Part shown: one piece after another, positions 26,723 through 37,046 of the stretch
Layout of the letters: every line of letters begins with the position of its first letter
Position numbering within the stretch: position 1 is the first letter of the stretch
DNA from: Armatimonadota bacterium
GTDB taxonomy: Bacteria > Armatimonadota > Hebobacteria > CAIYQO01
Length of the DNA: 47,538 bases
Assembly: GCA_044344305.1 (NCBI GenBank)
Contig: JBIJDE010000001.1
Coordinates: 1-47,538, forward strand
Reading direction: 5' to 3'
Notes under the pieces: generated by a model
Told to the model about the DNA's origin: nothing
Database searches by the model: none
The model's input: the letters and a program-made list of their open reading frames with translations, nothing else
Made by a program: the position numbers and the translations under genes

Positions 26723-28261
26723 ATGGACCCCTTAATTTACATCATTGCCGGCGTGTTGCTTGGCTTTATTGGTGCTTTTTTAATTTCACGCGGGAAAGCG
26801 GATGCGGAATATAGACGTGGTTTGGCAGAATCAGCAAGTAAAACAGCCGGTCTCGAACAAAACCTGACTAATTTATTGCGGCAAAAAGATGATATTGCGG
26901 CTGAACGCGATACGTTAGCAGCAAAGATAGAATTGTTAAATACCGAGAAAAGCGAATTAATCGCGCGGGCATCTACCGCTGAGGAACGCAGCAAGTTAGT
27001 TGCTGATAAAGACGCGGTGATTGCGGAACGCGACAGAGCCATTGCCGAATTAATGAATGAACGGCAAAGATTGACGGCGGAATTAAGCGGTATGCGCAGT
27101 TACATTGAAACCGAAAAGAAAGCTATGACAGAGAAACTGGAATTGCTCACCCAGGCGCAAGTCGCATTAAGTGATACCTTTAAAGCGTTATCATCCGAAG
27201 CACTGAAAAATAATAATGACCAGTTTCTGCAATTGGCAAAAACAAATATGGAAACATTCAACAGCGAGGCGAAAGGCGACCTGGAAAAGCGGCAAAAAGC
27301 GATTGAAGAGCTATTGAAACCGATGACTGAATCGCTGAAAAAAGTTGATACTACCATCGTAGAGATTGAAAATAAACGCGAAAATGCCTATGGGCAAATT
27401 ACCGAACAGGTGAAAAGATTGTATGAAACCGAGTTATCGCTGCGCAATGAAACATCAAACCTGGTGAAGGCATTGCGAACCCCACAGGGGCGCGGGCAAT
27501 GGGGTGAGATACAACTGAAGCGTGTGGTGGAAATGGCGGGGATGCAGGAATATTGCGATTTTGATGAACAACATTCGGTAGATACTGACGACGGTAAACA
27601 GCGACCAGACATGATAATTAAACTGCCGGGGAATAAACGCATTGTAATTGATGCCAAAGCGGTATTAAGCGCATACCTGGACGCACTGGATGAACAGGAC
27701 GATGTCGCGCGCGAATTGAAATTAGTTCAACATGCCGCACAGGTACGGTCGCGTGTAGCGGAGTTAAGCAGAAAAGAATATTGGAACCAGTTTGAAAATG
27801 CCCCGGATTTCGTAGTTATGTTCATGCCGACGGATGCAATTTTAACAGCAGCATTGCTGAAAGACGGCGGACTATTTGAAGACGCCATTAAAAGCAACAT
27901 TCTACTGGTGACGCCGGTAACGCTGATTGCGCTGCTGAAATCCGCCGCTTATGGATGGCAACAGGAAGCACTGGCACAAAACGCGATGGAAATTAAAAAA
28001 GTCGGATTAGAGTTATACAAACGGCTGAATACTCTTACTGATTATGTATCTAAAGTAGGCAAAAATCTCCACAGCACTGTGGATAATTACAATAAAATGG
28101 TCAGTTCAATGGAAACTCGTTTATTGCCAAGTACGAAGAGATTGATGGAATTAAAAGTAGCAAATAATGAAGAACTAATCGAACTTGAACAAGTATCAAG
28201 TACCATCAGGCCGTTGGCTGCCCCCGAGTTAATAGTTGGCAACGACGACGATAACGTGTAA
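26723..28261 (+). CDS. rmuC: DNA recombination protein RmuC
   Basis: N-terminal TM helix, a long coiled-coil, then the RmuC core 'RTPQGRGQWGEIQLKRVVEMAGM', 'RPDMIIKLPGNKRIVIDAK' and 'DFVVMFMP'. GGAG SD. Confidence 0.85.
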   Translation: MDPLIYIIAGVLLGFIGAFLISRGKADAEYRRGLAESASKTAGLEQNLTNLLRQKDDIAAERDTLAAKIELLNTEKSELIARASTAEERSKLVADKDAVIAERDRAIAELMNERQRLTAELSGMRSYIETEKKAMTEKLELLTQAQVALSDTFKALSSEALKNNNDQFLQLAKTNMETFNSEAKGDLEKRQKAIEELLKPMTESLKKVDTTIVEIENKRENAYGQITEQVKRLYETELSLRNETSNLVKALRTPQGRGQWGEIQLKRVVEMAGMQEYCDFDEQHSVDTDDGKQRPDMIIKLPGNKRIVIDAKAVLSAYLDALDEQDDVARELKLVQHAAQVRSRVAELSRKEYWNQFENAPDFVVMFMPTDAILTAALLKDGGLFEDAIKSNILLVTPVTLIALLKSAAYGWQQEALAQNAMEIKKVGLELYKRLNTLTDYVSKVGKNLHSTVDNYNKMVSSMETRLLPSTKRLMELKVANNEELIELEQVSSTIRPLAAPELIVGNDDDNV

Positions 28262-28295
28262 AATCGAGCTATAAAACAATATGAGGTAATAATCA

Positions 28296-28613
28296 ATGTC
28301 ACAATTTGAAAACGTAACAGTAGTTAAAGAAGCCAACGTATATTTCGATGGCGCAGTAACCAGCCGAACCGTAATATTCGCCAGCGGTGAGAAGAAAACC
28401 CTTGGCATCATGATGCCCGGTGATTATGTGTTCAGCACCGCAGAAAAGGAAATCATGGAAATTCTGGCCGGTAAATTAGAAGTAAATATAGTCGGTCAAT
28501 ACGAATGGACATCATACACCGCCGGAGACACCTTTGAAGTACCAGCAAACTCAAAGTTTGAATTAAAAATACAAGAGATTACAGACTATTGCTGCTCGTA
28601 TATTGCAGAGTAG
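28296..28613 (+). CDS. ppnP: Pyrimidine/purine nucleoside phosphorylase PpnP (DUF1255 / YaiE)
   Basis: '[13 protein letters not shown]', '[28 protein letters not shown]' and '[23 protein letters not shown]' parallel E. coli YaiE ('GEYTFSTAEPEEMTV...F.VP..S.F.L...T.Y.C.Y'). Confidence 0.85.
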   Translation: MSQFENVTVVKEANVYFDGAVTSRTVIFASGEKKTLGIMMPGDYVFSTAEKEIMEILAGKLEVNIVGQYEWTSYTAGDTFEVPANSKFELKIQEITDYCCSYIAE

Positions 28614-28625
28614 AACCACTAATTA

Positions 28626-28857
28626 GAACCACAGATTAGTGTGATTTTGAATGATTTAATGATTTACCGGGTGCTGTTTACTATAAGCAATATTGTGAAT
28701 TTAATCCTGATAGTTCTTATTTTAAATTAAGAAATCCGGTAATAAAATAGCACTTCGTAAAATCATTCCAATCATTCCAATCATACTTAATCACATTAAT
28801 CTGCGGTTCAGATAAAAAAAGCATTCACCTGCCTGAACCACAGATTAGAATGATTTT
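28626..28857. repeat. MITE-like inverted-repeat element ('gaaccRcagatta' family) plus a third partial arm
   Basis: The left arm is at 28626-28670 and the right arm at 28736-28809. The reverse complement of the right arm starts gaaccgcagattaatgtgatt, against gaaccacagattagtgtgatt on the left. A partial third copy lies at 28835-28857, and a 7-bp hairpin ggttcag/ctgaacc at 28805-28839. Confidence 0.75.
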
Positions 28858-29045
28858 CACAGCCATCTAATAGAAATTTTAGTTAATTTTTGACTGACTG
28901 CAAATTCACCGGTTACCGCTGACATATCTAAGCTCCAACAAAAACTATATTCAGGAGTGTATATTGATTCCAGAAAAGGAACTTCAAAAATTTAAATTCC
29001 CCCCATTTGCAGGTTATCATCATCATTTGTTGAAAAAAGCATGCT

Positions 29046-30446
29046 GTGAATAATAATATAGCTGAAAAACCACGTAAGACTACTCCGCATGGGTATACCT
29101 CCGCCGAGGTTCGTTCCTCGATGTGGTATGTTTTGGTTGCGTGGATGTTTGGTTCGGTCTTTGCTGCCATTACATCTGCTGGGCCATATGCGGCTTTTCT
29201 TGATAAATATCTTCATGCTAACGATGCAACTTTCGGACTATTGATGGCATTGCCGCCTTCTGCAGTGATATTTTTCATTATTGGTTCATATATTGTTGAA
29301 CGTACCGGACGCGCCAAACCTTTATTTCTTATTTTGGTAACTATTCACCGGTTGCTCTGGCTGGTTATCGCAGCGGTGCCGATGTTTATGGATGGATTGC
29401 CACGAGATACCAAGGTTTATCTGGTTGGTTCCATCGCATTTCTTTCCTTGATATTGGCAACCCTGGGTGGTGCGGGGTGGGCCGCGTGGATGGCGTCTAT
29501 TATCCCCAAATCCCTTGCCGGTAGATACTTTGGCTTGCGGGCGGCCTATTCGATGATTTGTATGATTGTATCCACCATGACCGCCACCTGGTTGATTGAC
29601 AAATATCACGGCTCCCGCGAGATATTCGCTATCGTATTTGCCGTTGGTGCAATACTGGGTGCGATAGATATCTTGATATTTATTAAGGTGCCAGAGGTGC
29701 CGCGGCCAGTTGTTGAAAAAACCAAGCTTATTGATATTGTAACAATCCCGTGGAAAAACAAGATGTTTCGCAGATTTATGCTATTAATGATGCCGACATT
29801 CTTTGCGTATATGCTGACCGGTCCATGTTTGTGGAAGTTATGTTTTACGTCATTGGCCAACCATGGACTGGGATTCAACAACACCTACGCGAGTTTTGTG
29901 TTAACTATTATCCCATGGTGTGGTATGGCGGTAACATCGGCATACTGGGGTAAGTTAGTAGACAGGTTTGGCCCGCGTCCGGTGATTGGACTTGGTTTGA
30001 TAACCCAGTTAATAGTCCCAATCGCCTGGGCATTTATCATACCGGAATATAAATGGTTCTTTATCTTGCCAGCCACAATAATCGGTGGTTTGATGTGGCA
30101 ATCAATTGAACAATCAAATACTTTTATCGCCATGAAGGTGTTTCCCGAGGAACGCCGTTCTGCATATATGGCGTCAATGAACGTTTTCATCGGTATTGCG
30201 GGTACTCTCGGTGCCGCCGCCAGTGGTAAATTAGCCGAAATTTTTGAACCCAATATGCACTATTTAACATTTTTACCATCATTCTTTACCCATTATCATT
30301 TAGTGATACTGATATCAGTAATCATTCGTTTTGTTTCTTTTGCCAGCTTCTTTAAATCATCGGAAATACCCGGGAAAGTAAATATAAGCCAGGCAGTAAA
30401 ACTAATCATCGCAGATATGACAGGGGTAAAAGAAAAAAAGATTTAG
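29046..30446 (+). CDS. MFS-type transporter
   Basis: 466 aa with about 12 hydrophobic helices and a central loop 'KVPEVPRPVVEKTKL'. The start is uncertain (GTG at 29046 versus the internal ATG at 29121). Substrate is unknown. Confidence 0.65.
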   Translation: MNNNIAEKPRKTTPHGYTSAEVRSSMWYVLVAWMFGSVFAAITSAGPYAAFLDKYLHANDATFGLLMALPPSAVIFFIIGSYIVERTGRAKPLFLILVTIHRLLWLVIAAVPMFMDGLPRDTKVYLVGSIAFLSLILATLGGAGWAAWMASIIPKSLAGRYFGLRAAYSMICMIVSTMTATWLIDKYHGSREIFAIVFAVGAILGAIDILIFIKVPEVPRPVVEKTKLIDIVTIPWKNKMFRRFMLLMMPTFFAYMLTGPCLWKLCFTSLANHGLGFNNTYASFVLTIIPWCGMAVTSAYWGKLVDRFGPRPVIGLGLITQLIVPIAWAFIIPEYKWFFILPATIIGGLMWQSIEQSNTFIAMKVFPEERRSAYMASMNVFIGIAGTLGAAASGKLAEIFEPNMHYLTFLPSFFTHYHLVILISVIIRFVSFASFFKSSEIPGKVNISQAVKLIIADMTGVKEKKI

Positions 30447-30477
30447 ATAGCAATTGATAGTTTTTTAGAAATCGTCG

Positions 30478-30589
30478 CTCCCTCCGTCACTGCGGTGACA
30501 CCTCCCTCGGCGAGGGAGGCATAATTTGCCATTTGCCATTTGCCATTTCAATTTTTCTCTCGTCTCTCTTCTCCCCTCTCTCTTCCTCC
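30478..30589. repeat. Cluster of small dispersed elements
   Basis: Tandem-hairpin element copy 3 (30478-30520), (gccattt)x3 (30525-30548) and a polypyrimidine element (30552-30589). Confidence 0.8.
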
Positions 30590-30638
30590 ACTCCGGTATC
30601 TATTCCAACTCATTTAAATAGTGTATAATTTAATAGAT

Positions 30639-32384
30639 ATGGCTATTTTTAATGCAGAACCAGTTGTCACCCCCAAAGAGCGCAATTCAATTTCTGGAAC
30701 TCGATGGATAAACAAACATAGTGAATTAGATTTTCATCATGATGACATGTTACCGGCGTTACGTGGATTATTATGCAGTCGCGGCGTTAAGTCGGCAGAA
30801 GAAGCAGATGCCTTTTTGGACGTAGATATTAATTCGTTGGGTGATCCGTTTTTATTACCAGATATGTTGAAAGCCGCCGAAAAAATTGATGAAACAATTA
30901 GAAACCGCGGTCGCATTCGCATATTTGGCGATTACGATACCGACGGCATAACCAGTTGCGCGCTATTAGTACGGGCATTCAACGCTTTGTCGGGACAAGA
31001 ACTGACGGATTGGTATATACCCCATCGCATCGATGACGGCTACGGATTAAATGCTGACGCGATAGATGCTGCGTTGGCAGACGGTATAGCCCTGGGAATC
31101 ACCGTGGATAACGGTATCACATCAATCGACGTGCTGCAGCATGCGCAGGATATCGGCTTGCCGATGATTGTTACCGACCACCACGAACCCGGCGAGAAAT
31201 TGCCCGTTGCGGTAGCAGTAGTAAATCCCAAAATCGCTGGTCATGATTACCCATATCGCGAATTAGCCGGCGTCGGCGTAGCGTATAATTTGCTGCGCGC
31301 GTTATGTAAACTCCGTAAATTACCCGATTCTGCCCCGCAAAAGTTCCTCGATTTAACCGCCATTGGCACCATTGCTGATGTTGCGCCGTTACTTGGCGAG
31401 AACAGAGTTATCGCACATCATGGTTTGCTGACAATAAATCATAATAACAGAAAAATCGGTATTCCGGCATTATTGCGTGCCGCCGATATTACCACCCGGG
31501 TTAATTCCCGCGATGTCGCATTTAAAATTGCCCCGCGCCTGAACGCCGCCGGTCGGGTCGCCCATGCGGAGGCTTCTCTGAAGTTGTTGCTGAGCAAAGA
31601 CCGCGTGGAGGCTGACCAACTGGCACGTGGATTATGCCAAAACAATGCCGAACGCCAGGAAGAAGAAAAAAGTACACTGGAAAGTGCGTTGGCGATGGTT
31701 ACCGAGGAAGATTTGGCGACTCGCCGGGTACTGGTATTGTCATCACCCGATTGGCACCCCGGTGTTATCGGCATCGTGGCATCGCGATTGGTAGAACGAT
31801 TTAACCGTCCATGCGTCATGATTGCGGTAGAAAATAAAATAGGCAAAGGTTCCGCCCGCGCCCGCGATCCGTTCCACCTGTGGGAAGCGTTGGACGAATG
31901 CAGCAAGTTGTTGAATAGATTCGGCGGTCACCGGGTGGCGGCTGGATTTGAAATAAAAGAAGCCAACATTAAAAAACTCCGCGAAGCAATAGATAAAATC
32001 GGTCATCGCACCCTGACTGATGAAGATTTGCTGCCGAGAATTGAAATAGATGGCTGGGCAGAGTTGTGCGATGTAACCACCAACTTCGCGTACCAGGTAG
32101 AAAAAATGCAGCCTTTCGGAATGGGTAACCCCGAGCCGACATTTGCGATTGAAAACGCGATAATAGACTGCGTATCCGCCCGCGGCACAGAGGGCCAGCA
32201 TCTCAACCTGATGCTCCGCGCCAACCAGGTAGGACGCTGCGTGTCCGCCATCTGGTTTAACGCCGGTGAATACACCACCAAACTGAGATCCGGCGATAAA
32301 GTAGACATAGCCGGCACCATATCGTTGAACACCTACATGGGAACCACCACCGCACAGTTGAAGGTAAAAGATATACGGGTTTAA
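30639..32384 (+). CDS. recJ: Single-stranded-DNA-specific exonuclease RecJ
   Basis: DHH-family motifs 'IRIFGDYDTDGITS', 'ITVDNG' and 'MIVTDHHEP', plus the DHHA1 region 'GGHRVAAGFEI'. I prefer the ATG at 30639 to the GTG at 30621. Confidence 0.9.
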   Translation: MAIFNAEPVVTPKERNSISGTRWINKHSELDFHHDDMLPALRGLLCSRGVKSAEEADAFLDVDINSLGDPFLLPDMLKAAEKIDETIRNRGRIRIFGDYDTDGITSCALLVRAFNALSGQELTDWYIPHRIDDGYGLNADAIDAALADGIALGITVDNGITSIDVLQHAQDIGLPMIVTDHHEPGEKLPVAVAVVNPKIAGHDYPYRELAGVGVAYNLLRALCKLRKLPDSAPQKFLDLTAIGTIADVAPLLGENRVIAHHGLLTINHNNRKIGIPALLRAADITTRVNSRDVAFKIAPRLNAAGRVAHAEASLKLLLSKDRVEADQLARGLCQNNAERQEEEKSTLESALAMVTEEDLATRRVLVLSSPDWHPGVIGIVASRLVERFNRPCVMIAVENKIGKGSARARDPFHLWEALDECSKLLNRFGGHRVAAGFEIKEANIKKLREAIDKIGHRTLTDEDLLPRIEIDGWAELCDVTTNFAYQVEKMQPFGMGNPEPTFAIENAIIDCVSARGTEGQHLNLMLRANQVGRCVSAIWFNAGEYTTKLRSGDKVDIAGTISLNTYMGTTTAQLKVKDIRV

Positions 32385-32387
32385 TTT

Positions 32388-32492
32388 AATTACGAATTGC
32401 GAATTACGAATTGAAATCGAAAGAAGTCGACCGAAATCGCTTAGTTCATACGATTGCTGTCTACAATAATTCGTAATTTTTAATTCGTAATT
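32388..32492. repeat. Inverted-repeat element filling the gap between convergent genes
   Basis: Arms are aattacgaattgcgaattacgaatt (32388-32412) and aattcgtaatttttaattcgtaatt (32468-32492). The right arm overlaps the last 3 codons and the stop of the minus-strand gene. The centre is related to the 34556-34591 hairpin family (gaaatcg...catacgat). Confidence 0.8.
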
Positions 32493-34504
32493 GATACAAC
32501 TCCCAACGCTACTCCCTGTCCTGGTAATTCGCCGACAACTATACCATCTGGTCCTGTCCATTTTAATTCAACACCGTCTTTTGTTTTTATATCCAGCGGC
32601 TGTGGGTCATTTGTCGGGTTCCAGACTGCTATGCCGTATAGCTTTTCGCTGCGATAGGATTTGGCGAATAGTGTTGGATTTTCGCTGTGTATTCCTTCGT
32701 CATCGACAAATTTTCCGGTGAGGAACGGGTCGGCGTTTGCTTGCAGCAGGTCGATGAGGGATTTTGCGTAGTTGCGGAACTCTGCCGGCAGACTGCTGAT
32801 TGGCTCGTGCTGCCATTTTACCGCAAAGAAGAAACGGAAACCCATCACCAGTGCAAAACGAAGCCGTTCGTATTCTGGCCCATTCAGGTACTGGGTGGTG
32901 ATTATATATTCCGGGAAGGTGTAGCGGAACATTTCGCCGAAATTGCGGCCGCCATAATGTACCCCGAATCCGAATGGGATGGTGAAATCGAAAGGTTGCA
33001 GACCGGCGTCGTTGATATACTCACTCGCCATCGCCACTTCCGGGTTTTTCCGCTGCGCCAACTCGCGGCAAGCCATCCCCAATTTAACCCGGTCGGCGTA
33101 TGATTCGCCGGGTCTGGTATGCGGGTGCGATTCGTCAAAACATAAATATCCGGGGTATCCCGCCAGTCGATCAAGGTATATACAATCCGCACCCAAATCC
33201 AGCGCGTATTGTGTCTTTTGCAGTATAACTGCCTGCCATTCGTGACACGCCAGGCAGGCATTGTATAGCTTATGCTGGGATGACAACGGTAAAAATGTAC
33301 TCGGTCCCGGCCAACTGAAGGTATCCGCCAGCGGGTCGCCATACGGATCACGCTGCATCGTCGCCTCGCCATGTTGTGCGAAATAACGCGAGTTGCTGCT
33401 CATCTGCACCGCCTGCAGGTACAGCATCATTTTTCCGCCTGCCGCCTGCACAGTCTGAATATTTCGTTCCAAACCTTCGCGGCCACCCATTGCCGGGTCT
33501 ACTTCATAATCAGGATATGCGTTATCATGTCCACCTGGATGCCAGCCGGTAATTTTCACCAACTCAATGCCAATCTCCGCCGCAGCCTGGTGCAATGCCG
33601 GGATATCATCATAATCATACACCACTTTGCCGTATTGTTCGCGTAAAATAGTATCTTGCAAACCAGTCATTTTTTGTATCCAATCCGGTGGTGTAGCAGG
33701 TGTAATCCAGGTGTCAGACCATGTCCTGTAGCGTTTTGCTCCCATGTGCCAGTCGCCGGTATGCGGCGATACCACCACCGGTGCCGACTGCCAGGTTCCC
33801 AAACGTTGTCCCGGGTATTTTATGAAGCAAAGCAAAAGTGAATCATCAACAGCGGTTGTGCCAAAGTTTCGTTCCGCGTTAAGGCAAGTGGTTTGCAAAC
33901 TGGTATCTTCCGAGCAAAGGTAAAGGCCTTCTGTTTCGTCATATACTCCCATCCATTGCATTGACGCCTTGCCCGGGTATAACTCGCGCTGGTGGGCATT
34001 GCTAACGCCAAAACGGAATATCTGCCCGCGGTCACCCAGGTTTGCCACCGGGTCAACCATCCGCATTCCACAATCCTGTGGGTAATAAAGTGCCCAGTCA
34101 ACCGGTGGTCGTACCCCGTTAATCATCGGTGCCCACACTTCCTGTACCCGAACTCCCGCCGCATTATTTTCAATCTCTGCCGTCCAACGCAATGCATCGC
34201 CATCCAGCACCACGCTCAGCCGCAACGTCACATCTACCGTTATGGTTCCACTATGTGAAGGATACGACATTCGCGCCACTGTAAGGGTAATTCGTTCACC
34301 GTCTGAAGCAACCACACATTCCTGGTTTCCCGGCATTACCGCATTAACCAGCGATTCATCATCCGCCAGCACCACCCGCCACAAATCCATTCCCGGTCTG
34401 GCAATATGATTCGTCCCGGTGGCAAGACAGGTTAATTCGTTCAGCGTGCCATCAGCACCCATCACCAGACGAAGGTGGTTATTTTGTAGTTTATATGAAT
34501 GCAT
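32480..34504 (-). CDS. Cytoplasmic glycoside-hydrolase-like protein (beta-sandwich + TIM-barrel-like + beta-sandwich), family unassigned
   Basis: 674 aa with no signal peptide. 'GDWHMGAKRYRTW' precedes a barrel-like region containing 'ELVKITGWHPGGHDNAYPDY', 'GGKMMLYL' and 'LGADCIYLDRLAG'. This resembles uncharacterised GH-like DUF families, but I cannot name the family with certainty. Confidence 0.4.
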   Translation of the reverse strand: MHSYKLQNNHLRLVMGADGTLNELTCLATGTNHIARPGMDLWRVVLADDESLVNAVMPGNQECVVASDGERITLTVARMSYPSHSGTITVDVTLRLSVVLDGDALRWTAEIENNAAGVRVQEVWAPMINGVRPPVDWALYYPQDCGMRMVDPVANLGDRGQIFRFGVSNAHQRELYPGKASMQWMGVYDETEGLYLCSEDTSLQTTCLNAERNFGTTAVDDSLLLCFIKYPGQRLGTWQSAPVVVSPHTGDWHMGAKRYRTWSDTWITPATPPDWIQKMTGLQDTILREQYGKVVYDYDDIPALHQAAAEIGIELVKITGWHPGGHDNAYPDYEVDPAMGGREGLERNIQTVQAAGGKMMLYLQAVQMSSNSRYFAQHGEATMQRDPYGDPLADTFSWPGPSTFLPLSSQHKLYNACLACHEWQAVILQKTQYALDLGADCIYLDRLAGYPGYLCFDESHPHTRPGESYADRVKLGMACRELAQRKNPEVAMASEYINDAGLQPFDFTIPFGFGVHYGGRNFGEMFRYTFPEYIITTQYLNGPEYERLRFALVMGFRFFFAVKWQHEPISSLPAEFRNYAKSLIDLLQANADPFLTGKFVDDEGIHSENPTLFAKSYRSEKLYGIAVWNPTNDPQPLDIKTKDGVELKWTGPDGIVVGELPGQGVALGVVSITN

Positions 34505-34555
34505 TTGTTGCCTGCTTTTTAGTGATTAATTTAGTAATTTAATGGCTCAAATCGA

Positions 34556-34591
34556 CAGAAATCGACTGCTATCGTATGAAGTCGATTTCTG
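34556..34591. repeat. Intercistronic perfect 12-bp hairpin
   Basis: cagaaatcgact (34556-34567), a 12-nt loop, then agtcgatttctg (34580-34591). It lies between two co-directional minus-strand genes. Confidence 0.8.
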
Positions 34592-34647
34592 CTAAGATAT
34601 TATATTCCATTTTCAGTTTTTTTGATAACAAAATCTAAAAAAGAAAA

Positions 34648-36780
34648 TCACTCTTCAAAATACACGTGCATCTTTTTCAACCCAATTTTGCCTGCCGGAA
34701 ACTCTTCGCCGATAGTCATGTCTTTTATTTTGCCATCTGCGGTGTAGTCGAAATCTTCGAAGACCCAGAGGACTTGTTTACCGGCACCGGTGTATTGTAC
34801 GGCTTTTTCGCCGGGCAGAATGGTGCGTTTCAACATATACTGGTTGAGTTCGTTGTAGATACGAAGCTGTTGGAAATGCCAGTTGTTGGGTTTGTCTTTA
34901 TCGCTGTCTCCGCCGTAATAGCTAAAGCACAACGCGTCCTCGTCGATGTTCCAGTTGATGGTATACATCATGCGGTATGCCATGCCTTTGAAAAATATCT
35001 CTTCTGGATCGACGCCGACTGCGCGTAAATCTTTGGCATTCATACCGCAGATACAGTCCGACCAGATTGACAGTGAGTTCAAACGCGCGGTAATATCCGG
35101 GCCGTGACGGTGAATGCCGAATACACCAAGGTCTTCATTGTCATAAACATAGCCAATATCCTGCATCTCTTTCATTAAAATAAGATGGGCACGATATTGT
35201 GACAAGATCTCTTTGGGTGACTCGAGTTCTGGACGGTAATGCCCCAGCAGATGTGTCTGGTCAGCGGTGCCACCGGCAGTTTCGGCATCCGCTTTCTGTA
35301 CAAAGTGGAACTTATCACTGGATAAATTGAACGAACTGTCCAGAAAAATTCCGTCCAGTCCTACCTCGTCATGCGCCGCTTTCCAGCGGGTCAGCCAATA
35401 TTCGCGCACTGCCTTTTCACGCAGGTTAAGCACGCAGAATTCCGGTGTGTAGTGGTCGGCCTCGATGGCGTTTGATGGGTTGCGGACAAATGCATTTGGC
35501 ACTTTATCCAATGCTTCCATAATTGAGCCTTCACGAGGGAGAAACTTAATTCGGTCGGGTCTACCGCTTTTACGATTGAATATTTCAGTTAATGACGAAA
35601 TTGAGGTATTCGCCCACATTTCTACATTAATCCCGGCGGCATGCGCATCTTGGCAAAACGCTGCAAGTTTATCCTTACCCACCGATTCGGCGACTTTGTA
35701 ATCAACGGTACAGCACATATTGCTGACACCCCAAACATTCATATTATTCTCAAAATGACTTGGCATCCCAATGGTCTTCACGCCGGTTTCAATTAGTTTT
35801 GGCAACCCGCTTTTGCGGTAATATTCCATATCGGCATTGCCCCACTCTTCAATTTGTCCATAGGTGGTAATGCGTTCGCGACGCATGTTAATCTGCGCAT
35901 GCAGGGTTTCGTGTACCAGTTCTTTTATGGATTCGTATATATTGGCGCGGCCTACATTATCCTGCTGTCCCGGGGTGAACAGCATTTCAACTGGTGATGT
36001 GGTGAAGTTATTGCTCAGGTCGCCGCAATGTTCGTGAAGATGCACAACTTCATCTTTTCCGCGTTGTTTTTCAAATAGCGAACGGACATGCGCAACCTCG
36101 GTAGCCCAGGTAACCAGTGTGCCTTTTGCCGCCGATACAAATGAGAATCCCTGTAATTCGGTCTGTAATGGCAAGAATTGGAAAATACTCGGGTTGGTGC
36201 AACTGGGCAGATACCATTCTGTGGAATGAAACTGGTCGATAGAAGTTATCGGTACAATCGCCGGGGTGAAACAGTTCCGCATCCAGAACTCGTTGCCCAC
36301 TGCCTGGCCGCCTACTTCCCAGGTACCGCGATCAAGAATACGATAAACGGGGATTGACGCACTGGTGTAATGATATTGGTAGCTGAAACCAGTGAAAGTG
36401 CGGCCATCAACCTGGCGGGTTACCGGGTTGATAATCAACTTCAACATTGTGTCGTCTGCCGCTATAGGTGTTTCTGTCCAGTCTGCGGTATTGTAGCGAT
36501 TGCGTACGGTATGAACCATCCAATCCATTATGCCGCCTTTAACGGATTCCATGCTGAAAGTCATTTCTATACTGTCATTTTTCTTAACAATATTTTCCAA
36601 CTGGTAGTTGCCCATGGTAATTCCATCTGGATTGCGTATCTCAACAAACATCGGACGCCGACCGCTGCGCAGCACGGTATCTCCAATGGTAACCTTGCCC
36701 AAGCCAGCAAAATGCTCTGTTCCCAGCAATTGAATATGCACGCCATTGGAAAGGGTCAACCCATCAACCATTTCTTTCAT
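34648..36780 (-). CDS. Cytoplasmic hypothetical protein, possibly a glycoside-hydrolase-like TIM barrel
   Basis: 710 aa with GGAGA SD and no signal peptide. The central region has 'GINVEMWANTS' and 'GLDGIFLDSSFN', a G-x-D-G-x-F-LD strand reminiscent of the nucleophile strand of alpha-amylase-clan barrels. Function is not established. Confidence 0.35.
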   Translation of the reverse strand: MKEMVDGLTLSNGVHIQLLGTEHFAGLGKVTIGDTVLRSGRRPMFVEIRNPDGITMGNYQLENIVKKNDSIEMTFSMESVKGGIMDWMVHTVRNRYNTADWTETPIAADDTMLKLIINPVTRQVDGRTFTGFSYQYHYTSASIPVYRILDRGTWEVGGQAVGNEFWMRNCFTPAIVPITSIDQFHSTEWYLPSCTNPSIFQFLPLQTELQGFSFVSAAKGTLVTWATEVAHVRSLFEKQRGKDEVVHLHEHCGDLSNNFTTSPVEMLFTPGQQDNVGRANIYESIKELVHETLHAQINMRRERITTYGQIEEWGNADMEYYRKSGLPKLIETGVKTIGMPSHFENNMNVWGVSNMCCTVDYKVAESVGKDKLAAFCQDAHAAGINVEMWANTSISSLTEIFNRKSGRPDRIKFLPREGSIMEALDKVPNAFVRNPSNAIEADHYTPEFCVLNLREKAVREYWLTRWKAAHDEVGLDGIFLDSSFNLSSDKFHFVQKADAETAGGTADQTHLLGHYRPELESPKEILSQYRAHLILMKEMQDIGYVYDNEDLGVFGIHRHGPDITARLNSLSIWSDCICGMNAKDLRAVGVDPEEIFFKGMAYRMMYTINWNIDEDALCFSYYGGDSDKDKPNNWHFQQLRIYNELNQYMLKRTILPGEKAVQYTGAGKQVLWVFEDFDYTADGKIKDMTIGEEFPAGKIGLKKMHVYFEE

Positions 36781-36938
36781 TATCTGTCTCCAAATTTTAA
36801 TCTATTTTAATGATACAATTGTGACTGATTTACGCTATGGTTGTCAATATAAAGCGGCGAAGAAAGTATAATTATTACAAGTAATTATTCACATTTATTA
36901 TTTTTAAATTGGTTAGCATAGGAATATTAAAAGATGTA

Positions 36939-36993
36939 GTCACCGTGTGGAAAGGTACGCAAGTCCGGCTTGCTTCCCTTTCCATACGGTGAC
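36939..36993 (-). repeat. Hairpin of the 'gtcaccgtRtggaa' family directly downstream of the pseudopilin gene
   Basis: 17-bp stem gtcaccgtgtggaaagg / cctttccatacggtgac with one G-T position, and an inner 5-bp stem gcaag/cttgc. On the coding (minus) strand it is followed by ...catctttt. It may be an attenuator or terminator. Confidence 0.6.
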
Positions 36994-37046
36994 TGATAAT
37001 TAATAATCTCTATTATTAGATTTACAGTTAGTAACTATTTTTTCTT

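Noticed and set aside
28964-29051. Possible 29-codon leader ORF (TTG after AGGAG; LIPEKELQKFKFPPFAGYHHHLLKKACCE) overlapping the MFS transporter start
   Set aside because: It has only a non-ATG start and no conservation evidence is available to me. It may be a chance ORF in AT-rich DNA and is worth a look only if ribosome-profiling data exist.
31743-32561. 272-aa ORF antisense to the recJ 3' end, and similar long antisense ORFs (40255-40824 in the helicase, 21490-21987 in GH2, 45010-45549 in tldD/pmbA, 24476-24970 in GH38)
   Set aside because: These are shadow ORFs opposite well-supported genes. Their sequences are low-complexity (Arg/Ser/Cys-rich), lack SDs, and in the first case run through repeat elements.
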